DNA of 64,000 nt from Octopus bimaculoides (taxonomy: Eukaryota), in the NCBI RefSeq assembly GCF_001194135.2, contig NC_069000.1, positions 23,947,995-24,011,994 on the forward strand, read 5' to 3'. The notes below the pieces were generated by a model, which did not search any database, was not told the DNA's origin, and saw only the letters and a program-made list of their open reading frames with translations. The position numbers were made by a program, and so were the translations under genes. How positions within the stretch are numbered: position 1 is the stretch's first letter; every line of letters starts with the position of its first letter. Shown here piece by piece: positions 51,560 through 62,798 of this stretch.

Positions 51560-53390
51560 AATCTGCATGTTTAAAACAATCATTTGCCAAGACACAACCA
51601 GTGCCCTAGGACAGACAAGTCAAGGTTAAGAGGTGTTTAACCCTTTAGCATTTAAACCGGCCATATCCGGCCAAAAGTATTCTGCCTGTTTTATGTTCAA
51701 ACTGGCCGGATCTGGTCTCTTGCACCAACCCTACAATATTGTTTTAAAAATTAACAGCTACCTCATCAAAATCTCATAGTTACAAGATAATGTATGATTA
51801 GTTCAAAACAATGTAGATGAAAAAGCATTAATTTTGGCAGAATAATGCGAACACTAAAGAGTTAACTATACCTGGACGTTTGGGGAGGGCAGTACAGAAA
51901 TACATTCATATAGTACAACACGAACATTTAAATTGAGAGGGATTTCCTAAGGTTGTGGATGGTACTTATCAACACAATCTTTTGAATTTCTTTGAGATAT
52001 GGTTCACCTGGGTGTTTCTGACATAGTTTTTTTTTTCATACCTTGGGCACCAACAATTATAGGAACAATTTTTGCTTGAAGATGCCACATCTTTTGTATT
52101 TCAATTTCCAGGTCCTTATGAGATATTTTTTTACCAATGGGGACACATATATATATCAGTCTACAAGTATTTTCTTCTCTGTCTCTAATAATTATATCTG
52201 GTCAATTAGCCTAGATTGATTTGTCAGTGTTGACTGGAAAATCTGAGATGGTGACATTTTATGGCCCAAGATGGTGTTCATACCAGTTTGCAGGAGTGTT
52301 GATTTGGTAATGCTTACATATTTTCCAATGCAAATACTGTCCTACCCTATTGTGGCAATCTTTGTATTTGTTTGGTATTAGTATGACAGCCCAAAACAAG
52401 ATGGTCTATTGTTTCATCAGTTATGTTGCAGAATCTGTATTTTGGATCAGCACCATTTTTAAGAACATTAGCCTGGTAATTTCTGGTAAACAAGCTTGGG
52501 TCTTGTGCTGCCAGTATGGAGCTTTCTGTCTCCTTCTTTCACTCCTGAACTCCTCAGCTACTGATGGGTTGTTGTGTGGTTTACATCAGCATTCTGACTG
52601 CAAAGAATATTTTTCCCATGCAGGGACTTCTGGTTCCACTGCTCCTCAATTTATTTCTGTCTCTTCTTTTTGGCAGTCTGATTTGTTTTGTTTGCTTAAT
52701 AGCAGTACTTTAAGATTCTTCATCTAATTCAGAGTTAATATCAAGTTCTCTTACAAATTTACAAGCTTCCTTGACAATAGAATGCAACTTTTTGTTGCTT
52801 TCATGTTCATACACAAACTGCAGTCACTCTATTAGATAAATACTTGTTCATTCCTGTAATGGAGGTTTCATAGCAGAGTTCTAATTGCATCATTCCTCTT
52901 CTACCACTGCTTCTAAGTAGGTGCAGACAGTCAACATCTACCTTAGGGTGGTGCATGTTACTTGATGTCAATAATTTTCTTATCTTCCTGTCCCTGCATT
53001 GGAATTCTATAAGATTTCAGTTAATGTTATTAAAACTGTATAGGATGACTGGAATTGCCAGGGTGTTAATGGCTACAGTTTGATTTTTAGAGTTAAGTTT
53101 AGTCTTCAGTACAAGTCTTATTCTCCTATAGTACTCCTTTCTTATTTTTTCCTTCATAGTGGCATAACTTGTACTGTTACCTTCATTTGTACCTAGGTAT
53201 TTATAGTTTCTTGTTGGTCAAGTTCTTTGATGTTAGTGTCAACATCTAATTTAATGGATTTTGTTTGTCTGAGCTTGCCTCTTACAAAAGTTGCTTTAGC
53301 ACACTTATTGAGACCAAAATCCATTCTAATGTCATTGCTAGACTCTTTAACATTTGTTAGCAGTCCATTATTACTACCACTACAACTAAT
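51560..53390 (-). mobile_element. Second R4/Dong-like copy (RT C-terminus to 3' end, deleted)
   Basis: DIRMDFGLNKCAK, KEYYRRIRLVLKTKLN and DLEIEIQKMWHL...VPIIVGA; the 3' end runs into (TAA)n at ~51515-51558. Confidence 0.8.
51641..51861. mobile_element. piggyBac-type MITE inserted in the Dong 3' UTR
   Basis: TTAA on both sides; same family as 31496-31715, opposite orientation. Confidence 0.78.
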
Positions 53391-54245
53391 ACTATAGAGT
53401 TCAAATCTCAATACGGTCAACTTTGCCTTTCATCCCTCTGAGGTTGATAAAATACAGTACCAGTCCAGTACAGTGGGTTGAGGGTGTCAATTAACTGTTG
53501 GCCTTGTGCCTAAATTAGAAACAATTATTATTGTTATCATCATCAGCAGCAGCAGTAGTAGTACTACCACCACCACCACCACCACCACTATCAAGGCTTC
53601 CATAGATACTGTGAGTAGGCAGGAATGTGGAATATCAAACTGAATACTTTATAGTATTGTTCTAAGGTGATGGGGATAAAATATGTACCTGTAATATGGT
53701 TCAATAAGCTATATTCCTACAAAATTTGATCTTGTACTATCATCATTATAACATTAATTATGCTCATCACTCAAAGTGATTGAGAATACTATAACAGTGC
53801 AATTAAATCAAAAGCAAAAGTACACTTTTACCTTATTTATTTCAATATTTTGGACATATAAAGCCTTATTCAAGAGAAGAGGAGAGTTGGAGCCTGGAAT
53901 GTCATTCTGACATGCAAGTATTTGGGGATTGGAGGAGTGTTGCAATATGTGTGTAAGTTGGTAGTGTTAACCAATAAACATCATACAATTCCTGTTAGTT
54001 GTTGAGAGTGGGTTTTAATTGAGCTTCATTATTAGTTTTGACATAGTTTCTATGGCTGGACACACTTCCTAACACCAACCAATTTACAGTGTGTAATAGT
54101 TACATTTTTCATGCCACTGGCACTAGTGAGGTTGCCAAGTAACTTTCAAGACAAAAAAAAGAAAAAAAGCCTTCCTTCTTGACCAAGTGTGGGGCTAGTA
54201 TTTGAGTGGAGCAGTGGTTTTATGCTAGTATCTTGTGTAGAGAGA

Positions 54246-54774
54246 GCGGTGGAGGCGCAATGTCCCAGTGGTTAGGGCAGCGGACTCGCGGTCATAGGAT
54301 CGCAGTTTCGATTCCCAGACCGGGCATTGTGAGTTTTTATTGAGCGAAAACACTTAAAAGCTCCACGAAGCTCCAGCAGGGAATGGTGGCGAACCCTGCT
54401 GTACTCTTTCACCACAACTTTCTCTCACTCTTACTTCCTGTTTCTGTTGTGCCTGTAATTCAAAGGGTCAGCCTTGTCACACTGTGTCATGCTGAATATC
54501 CCCGAGAACTACGTTAAGGGTACACTTGTCTGTGGAGTGCTCAGCCATTTGCACGTTAATTTCACGAGCAGGCTGTTCCGTTGATTGGATCAAATGGAAC
54601 CCTCGACGTCGTAAGCGACGGAGTGCCAACAACAANNNNNNNNNNTACGTTAAGGGTACACTTGTCTGTGGAGTGCTCAGCCATTTGCACGTTAATTTCA
54701 CGAGCAGGCTGTTCCGTTGATTGGATCAAATGGAACCCTCGACGTCGTAAGCGACGGAGTGCCAACAACAACAA
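54246..54774 (+). mobile_element. tRNA-derived SINE, family D, with 14-bp TSD
   Basis: tRNA head (cagtggttagggcagcggactcgcggtc...gtttcgattccc), (CAA)n tail, TSD CTTGTGTAGAGAGA at 54232-54245 and 54775-54788; the 3' part is duplicated across a 10-N gap. Confidence 0.88.
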
Positions 54775-56119
54775 CTTGTGTAGAGAGAAAGTTCATTGGT
54801 GGAAACACTATGTAAATGACGAGTGTATAATTGATGTACAATGTTGAACTTGAAACTTCCAGTGGACAAATCTGATACAGAAAAAGTGTAGCTATAGATG
54901 CTCTAAGAGGTGGAACATCTGAGCTCAAGAAAGCTTAATTGTGCTGTGATGGGTATATGGATATATTATTCTTCAAATCTATTTCAAACAGTTAACCAAA
55001 TATTTTGAAAATGGGAGATAGCTTAGCACACCTGAGCTACATCTGTAAGTAGCCAAAATTGCATGCAACAACACCTCATCATCAACATTGTATTCACTGT
55101 TTTTCCATGTTGGAATACTGGATTAGGTTGCCAGGTTCTCTAAACAGAATTTCTCTGTCCTGTATCTATTCATTGAGACTCATTCACTCTGTCTCTCTCA
55201 CCGCCACTCATCTTTACTGCTATCAATCACTCTCACAAATTACTTCCTCAACTACCACTTTTTCTTGACAGATATCACTCTCACTTCTATTATTCCTTTT
55301 TCTAGAATGCTCCCTTCTATTACACTCTCTTTCTACATCACATTGCTATCTGATCAATCTCCTTACATGTATTTGCTCATCACTGTCCTCTCTTCTATTA
55401 CTACTTCTTTTATAACCCACTCGCTCCTACTACCCTGGTTGTTTCTTGCATCACTTTCTCTTTTATTCAACCCTCAGTCATGATGCCTTGAATGAGAGTA
55501 TAGAGGACGCTTTAGATTTGTCTGGGTCAAACCAACTTCTCTATTACGAGTGCCATGATAAATGAGTCCAGTACATTCTGTAAAGTGACCATTGAATGAA
55601 CAGAGTTTGACATAGCATAGGAAGGACCCTTTAGCCTTGTTAAAGTAGTTGGTGTTAGGAAGGACATCCTGCTAGAAACTGAACCCAAAATTGAACATAC
55701 ATGTGACATGTGATTTGCAATCCCTGTAGGAGGGCAGTAATTCCAGATGGGAACTGATTCATACCATGACAACCCATCCAGCCCTTGCCAGTATGAAAAG
55801 CAGATGTAAAATGGTGGTGGTGGTGGCAGTGATGATTTTATTCAGATTGAATATATTTGATTCCATCATCTTTAGCTTTTCTCTACTGTATACTAAGCTT
55901 TCTTTTTCCTTTGGATCAAATATTCAGTAGCCTACCCATGCTCAAGCTGTTGCCATCAACCATCAGCACAGTATTCTAAGTAACTCTAGCTGTTGTTTAT
56001 TGTATGTGTGGGTGTGTAGGAGAGAGGAACGCACTCACTCTCAAGCATGTATGCTTATGTTTCTGTATATCTTCTCTGAGTAATACTCCACATCTGTATT
56101 GTATTTTTTTCTCCAACAG

Positions 56120-57108
56120 GGCATCTCAATATACTTAATCACATCAGCATTAAGGAGCACCATAGAAAACTGTATTCAATATGTAGATACCTTGACATAT
56201 TCTGTCGACAAGTTTTTGGAACCATCAAGCCACGGAACTCCATTTGCTAGAAGTTCACAAATTGACCGGCCTGAAAATTCGTCCAACCTTCCAAATGTAC
56301 TTCAGCCAACTACTAATTTTTCACTTCTGTCTCCAAACGAGCATACATCTGATGTCAGCTGGTTTTTTCAAGATACAGCTACAAAGTCTGTCCTAGAGAG
56401 TTTGGAAGATCCTACAGAATTGAACAACTCAGATCCTGAATTTCATGAACATTTGAATAAAATAAATTTAGAGAACAACCTTATAACTTCTGATAAACCT
56501 GAGAAGAAAGTATTTTCTCCTAATGATGATGATGATGATGATGATTTTTCCCATTGCTTTGATCAAATTTCATCTTTTGGAGATGTAACCAAACATAGAA
56601 TTAAAGAAACACAATTCTTTACAAAAAATTCAGCTGTATATTCACCAATTCCATCAAACAGTAATAACTGTTCAACTAGTCATACTACCACAGTAAGTTC
56701 TGCTGGAGAAAATTGGTTAGAAAACTATGTAGAGGACTATATAAATTCCAAGCTTCAAAAATCTAGAATTCCTGAGTCATTTCCTCATCTTACTTTCAGT
56801 CAACACCTTAATCCCTTAAGCAGTGGCAAAATCTGTTCTGTAAATTATTATGATTCTGCTACTAATGCAGTCAATACTAAATTGTGTGATGAATTTAAGG
56901 AAATATTAATTTTAGATGAAAGTGAAAAAAATTCCTCTCTTTCAAGACTTCAAAATCTTAATGATACTAACTTCACTGATATTTGGCAAAAAGTTAAAGG
57001 TTTGGTTCAAGCATTTTGCCATGGGGCACATACAGAAATTGAAGATTTTGTGATAGAGGCACTAAAATATCAGAACAAACATTTATCTTACCAAGAAAAA
57101 GACATTCG
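56120..57108 (+). CDS. BBS12: BBS12 coding exon 5 (989 nt, includes a long low-complexity insertion)
   Basis: Within a 357-codon open frame; acceptor ttttctccaacAG, donor CG|GTATGT; GISIYLITSAL and LVQAFCHG...EALKYQN match recalled BBS12 GVPISII and LAVGLSHG...QLQYQN. Confidence 0.85.
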
Positions 57109-57212
57109 GTATGTTAAATTTTGTGGTTGTGATTATTTAATCTTTTTATCCATCATTACTGTAAATTGTTAACTTTTTTATTAATTTATCTCATGTTTTA
57201 TTATTGTTGTAG

Positions 57213-57348
57213 ACTTGATGTGAAAAGACTTCATACTTGCTGTATTCAAGGTCCTACCATCAAGCAATCTGAATTTGTTCCGGGAATAGTTTTACCTTTG
57301 CAGCAAGAAACATTTTGTATTGAGCAAGATAAAACATACACTGTACTT
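57213..57348 (+). CDS. BBS12: BBS12 coding exon 6 (RLDVKRLHTCCIQGPTIKQSEFVPG...TYTVL)
   Basis: Acceptor ttgttgtAG, phase 2; matches recalled BBS12 FDISRIFTCCLPG...CVCPG; donor CTT|GTAAGA is inferred; later exons were not found in the window. Confidence 0.8.
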
Positions 57349-57769
57349 GTAAGAAATAATTCTGCTTTCTTTTACATTGCTATTTAAAAGTAAGATTACA
57401 TATATTTTTCCCATGTGACTATAGACGGATGACTGCAAGAGTAACGATGCTATAGCTGTTCAGCTCCAGGCCAGCCCTGAAGAAGCAGATGATCAAGGCA
57501 TCCCAACCATGATAAGCTTGTTTCTTTTTTCATCATCATCTGGTCAGGTGATTTGTTTAGACCAGTGTACCTATTCCATGACAGACATCCCGATCGAACG
57601 ATACTGCATAAATGTTGGACTTGGTTTTTCAACCACATTGGTCTTTCATCAGCAGAAATATCTCATCTGTACATGCCGCAACTTCAGATGATAGCAGTAG
57701 TTCACTAACTGAACTGGTTGATCATGGCTATTGTTCAATATATCCTTCCTCTTTTAAAATAGTAGGGGT

Positions 57770-58300
57770 GTGATCTGAAATGTTGCAGGTGTGACCTTCA
57801 GACTAAATGGCAATCTATTATATTCATATTGTTTTCTGTGAGTATTCACTGTTAGAAACTTCAAGCACTCCTCATCTACTTTAATTTGCAGATACACATC
57901 AGACAGATCCAGTTTTGAAAATAATTTGCCACCATTTAATTTTGCAAAAATATCCTCCAGAATAGGCAGTGGATAGTGGCACATTTTTAGACAGTCATTC
58001 AGACCAGTAGAAAAATTGGCATACATCTTGATTTTGTTATTTTTTTTTAATACACACAGTTGGTGCTGCCCACTTAGAATAATCTACTTTTTGAATAATT
58101 CCCATCTTCTCTAGTCTGTCTAATTCTTCCTCTACCTGCTTTAGTGTAGCAAATGGTACCTTTCTATTAGGTTTGAATACAGGTACGACATTTTCCTTTA
58201 TTTGAAAACAGGCCTCAGTCTTAGAACACAGACCTAATATATCCGACAGCATTTCAGGAAACAAGTTTTTAAATTTCTTCTTCAATTCAGCTGCTGAGTT
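57770..58300 (-). mobile_element. Gypsy RT fragment
   Basis: KWAAPTVCIKKK, YPLP...FSKLDLSDVYLQI and NRLPF...PATFQ. Confidence 0.85.
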
Positions 58301-58465
58301 ATTTCCACTGGTGGGAAATTTTATTTTTTTACAGAACAGACTTATGGGGAGGGCTCATAGTCCAAACAACTCCAACCAGTCCATACTAAACAGATTAGTT
58401 GCGTTGTTTACCACGGAAACTTTTGCTCTACAGGTTATATATATATATATATCATTATCATCATC

Positions 58466-58672
58466 ATCGTTTAACGTCCGCTTTCCATGCTAGCATGGGT
58501 TGGACGATTTGACTGAGGACTGGTGAAACCAGATGGCAACACCAGGCTCCAATCTAATTTGGCAGAGTTTCTACAGCTGGATGCCCTTCCTAACGCCAAC
58601 CACTCAGAGTGTAGTGGGTGCTTTTACGTGTCACCCGCACGAAGGCCAGTCAGGCAGTACTGGCAATGGCCA
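58466..58672 (-). mobile_element. RTE-tail short element
   Basis: Reverse complement of 13890-14050, near identical. Confidence 0.85.
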
Positions 58673-58857
58673 NNNNNNNNNNNNNNNNNNNNNNNNNNNN
58701 NNNNNNNNNNNNNNNNNNNNNNNNNNNNNNNNNNNNNNNNNNNNNNNNNNNNNNNNNNNNNNNNNNNNNNNNNNNNNNNNNNNNNNNNNNNNNNNNNNNN
58801 NNNNNNNNNNNNNNNNNNNNNNNTATATATATATATATGTGTGTGTGTATACATCAT

Positions 58858-59236
58858 AGGCACAGGAATGGCTGTGTGGTAAGTAACTTGCTTACCAACC
58901 TCATGGTTCTGAGTTCAGTCCCACCTTGGGCAAGTGATTTCTACTATAGCTTCGGGCTGACCAAGGCCTTGTGAGTGGATTTGGTAGACGGAAACTGAAA
59001 GAAGCCCGTTGTATTTATATGTATGTGTGTGTGTGCATATGTGTGTCAGTATTTGGCCCCCCTACAATTGCTTGACAACTGATGTTGGTGTGTTTACATC
59101 CCCGTAACCTAGCAGTTTGGTAGAAGTGACTGATAGAATAAGTACTAGGCTTACAAAGAATAAGACCCTGGGTCAATTTGTTTGACTAAGGGTGGTGCTC
59201 CAGCATGGCTGCAGTCAAATGACTGAAACAAAAGAA
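58858..59236 (+). mobile_element. tRNA-derived SINE, family C
   Basis: ggctgtgtggtaag...gagttcagtcccac head, central (TG)n, 3' gcagtcaaatgactgaaaca. Confidence 0.82.
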
Positions 59237-59963
59237 TATATATATATAAGATCTTATAGTTTGCTTGAAGCATTGTATATGGAATATAATGTTGAAAGAT
59301 TTAAAAGGCCAAACAATGCAAATAGATTTTAAGATGAGGTAACGTAAGTTACCTGGTAATCTTTGGTCTTATATGTATCCAATATTTCAGGACATACAAG
59401 CCCCTTCTTCAGGGTTAAAAAGGAACTGTCCTTGGTAAAATGTTTTTTGTTGGAGATAAATTAATTCTATGATTATATTTGAATTTTCAAGCGTTTCTCT
59501 TCTCCGTGAATGTTAGTAACGTTAATTATTAACTTATCGCTCCACAAATCAATTTTCATCGCCTCTTTTCTAATATGTAGCAAATATGCCTGTGTGTGTA
59601 TGTCATGTTATGTATTGCGTACCTAGCTCCAATCTATTATTTATTTATGGGTTTAATTTATAGATAATCAAATCAAAGCTCCCTTAATTCTTAAGTTGCC
59701 TAGATTTCTATCATTGGCTTCAATAGTAACTTTAATTTGTTTGTTCGTATTTTTACATTTATCAATGTGTTTTTTAGTAACTATTGGATTTTAGACACTA
59801 TTGGATTTTACTCACAAGGTATTGGAATCTTATATGTATACCATTCAGCCTAAATAATGGATCTACAAATGCAATATCCCTGCATATCTCACATCTATTT
59901 TTACTTCACTCTCTACTTCGTATCTTATCTAAATTAACTATTGCTTAACCATTTACTCACACC

Positions 59964-60011
59964 ATCTCCGATGAAGGGATATAATAAATATCCTGGAAAC
60001 AGCTGTAAGGT
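59964..60011 (+). ncRNA. Degenerate minimal type-I hammerhead ribozyme motif (Penelope-type)
   Basis: ATCT-CCGATGA-[agggatat aataa atatcct g]-GAAAC-AGCT-GTA-AGGT; stems I and II pair and stem III is palindromic; core has U4>C. Confidence 0.5.
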
Positions 60012-60200
60012 TTTCTATTTATAAATGTTCTAAAATTTTCACAGTCTTGGTTTTTTTTATCTTATTATGAAAAAATTTTTTTTACATAATATATATATGT
60101 GTGTGTGTATGTATATATATATATATATATAAAAATTAAAATTCAATAATAGGACGAATTCTTTTACAAGAATTTATCAAGTAATATATAGTAATGCCCT

Positions 60201-60238
<38 letters not shown>

Positions 60239-60258
60239 CATAATATATATATGTACAT

Positions 60259-60641
60259 GGTTGGCACTCTGTCGGTTACGACGACAAGGGTTCCAGTTGA
60301 TCTGATCAACAGAACAGCCTGCTCGTGAAATTAACGTGCGAGTCGCTGAGCACTCCATAGACACATGCACCCTTAATGTAGTTCTCGGGGAGATTCAGCG
60401 TGACACAGATTGTGACAATGCTGGCCCTTTGAAATACAGGTACAACAGAAATAGGAAGAAAGAGTGAGAGTAAGTTGTGGTGAAAGAGTACAGCAGGGTT
60501 CGCCACTATCCCCTGCAGGGCCTCGTGGAGCTTTAGGTGTTTTCACTCAATAAACACTCACAATGCCCGCTCTGGGAATTGAAACCACGATCCTACGACC
60601 ACGAGTCCGTTGCCCTAACCACTGGGCCATTGCGCCTCCAC
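60259..60641 (-). mobile_element. tRNA-derived SINE, family D, with 10-bp TSD
   Basis: Inverted homologue of 54246-54635; TSD ATATGTACAT at 60249-60258 and 60642-60651. Confidence 0.88.
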
Positions 60642-60721
60642 ATATGTACATATACATAGTATATATATTATATACATAGTATATATATTATATACATAAT
60701 ATATATGTTTATATATGTGTA

Positions 60722-60878
60722 ACTCTCTGAGTGGTTGGCGTTAGGAAGGGCATCCAGCTGTAGAAACTCTGCCAAATCAGACTGGAGCCTGGTGTTGCCA
60801 TCCGGTTTCACCAGTCCTCAATCAAATCGTCCAACCCATGCTAGCATGGAAAGCGGACGTTAAACGATGATGATGATG
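60722..60878 (+). mobile_element. RTE-tail short element with (GAT)n
   Basis: Near identical to 1-103 over the shared part. Confidence 0.85.
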
Positions 60879-60883
60879 TGTAA

Positions 60884-60919
<36 letters not shown>

Positions 60920-62247
60920 TCACACAAAGTGGTTTGTATGATTGTGTAGAGAAGAATATATTACTCAAAGTGACATTTATATTAGACTCAGTCAAACTTA
61001 TCCTGGAAAACAACACTTTTTTCTTCAACGGAAAGAACTACATCCAAATTAAAGGCATGGCCATGGGAATGAGGTTTGCTTCTGTTTACGCGAACTCGGT
61101 GATGGGATACTTAGAACAAAAACTCTACCAGGAAATAGAGGAGAGATACAGCACTGAATTTAGGAAGTATATTGAACAGGCATGGAAGAGATACCTCAAC
61201 AAATGCTTCGTAATCTGGACAAACTCTCAAAACTCTGTGGAAGAATTGAATATACTCCTGAACAACCTACACTCATCCATCCAATTTACAAAAGAGATGA
61301 GCAGTACCAAATTACCATTCCTAGATATAATGGTAATTAAAAAGAACACCACCATTACCACAGATATATATTATAAACACACAGATACACATCCATACCT
61401 GAATTTTAAATTATGCCATCCACTGCATACAAAACATAACACCCCATACTGCTTAGCCAGAAGAATCTGTACCATTGTAGAAGATTTGAAGATCAGGAAT
61501 CAGCACCTGATGGAACTGAAAGAATATCTGCTCAAACAAAAATACCCATCACTGCTTATAGAAAATGGTATTCAGTGGGCTATGAAAATACCCACACAAC
61601 AACTGAGGTCAACACAAAGAAGAGAAAAACCAGAACAAATCATACCATTGATAGTGACACACAATCCATGCCAACAGAACATCTTCAATATCACTAAAGC
61701 AAACCTACCAATCATTGCTCAAAGTAAGGAGTTAAGAGATATCATTACAGACCAAACTATAACTCTCAGTAAAAGACAGCCTAAAAGCTTGGAAAAGTTA
61801 TTAACAAAGGCAAGGTTTGACCTTAGCATCAAAGACCAACTATTCACTATGTCTAAATGCTATGATAGCTGATACAGTACATGCCAATTAGTTCATACTG
61901 GCCCATATATGAACACAAAAACAGGGAAATTATTCACAAACACAAATATGAACTGCAAAAGCAGAAATTTAATCTACTGCATCAAATGCCCAAATTGTGA
62001 AGAACTGTATGCCAGACAGGCAATGCACTATTAGAATGCTCATGTGTGCACTGACAACAAATTAAAAATCAAGAAGTCCGCCAAATACCACTGAGTAACC
62101 ATCTAGCAGCATGTGGCCGGAAAATATTTATAATATTTCCCTTTCATAAACTATACAATCCAAATGAAATCGAGAGAAAACTGAGAGAAAAGGACTTTAT
62201 TAATAAATTCAAACTCAAGCTTAATAAACAATGGAAAAAGTATTTAA
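60920..62247 (+). mobile_element. Penelope-like element, 5'-truncated (RT C-terminal half and GIY-YIG remnant)
   Basis: YIQIKGMAMG, WKRYLNK (decayed YxDD), LPFLDIMV and DIYYKHTDTHPYLNF, then NCKSRNLIYCIKCPNC after a stop. Confidence 0.88.
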
Positions 62248-62409
62248 NNNNNNNNNNNNNNNNNNNNNNNNNNNNNNNNNNNNNNNNNNNNNNNNNNNNN
62301 NNNNNNNNNNNNNNNNNNNNNNNNNNNNNNNNNNNNNNNNNNNNNNNNNNNNNNNNNNNNNNNNNNNNNNNNNNNNNNNNNNNNNNNNNNNNNNNNNNNN
62401 NNNNNNNNN

Positions 62410-62750
62410 GCACCGCCTTTAATCGAGCAGATCGACCCCAGGACTTGTTCTTTGTAAGCCTAGTACTTATTCTATCGGTCTCTTTTGCTGAACCGCTAAG
62501 TTATGGGGACATAAACACACCAGCATCGGTTGTCAAGCGATGTTGGTGGGGACAAACACAGACGCACAAACATATACACACATATATATACATATAGATA
62601 TGACGGGCGTCTTTCAGTTTCCATCTACCAAATCCACTCACAAGGCATTGGTCGGCCTGAGCAGACACTTGCCCAAAGTGCCACGCAGTGGGACTGAACC
62701 CGGAACCATGTGGTTTGTAAGCAAGCTACTTACCACAGCCACTCCTATGC
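62410..62750 (-). mobile_element. tRNA-derived SINE, family C
   Basis: Reverse complement of the 58858-59236 family. Confidence 0.82.
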
Positions 62751-62758
62751 CTACTATG

Positions 62759-62798
<40 letters not shown>

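Noticed and set aside
54506-54775. Duplicated SINE 3' end across a 10-N gap
   Set aside because: Same unmerged-overlap artefact; a single TSD pair encloses the whole unit
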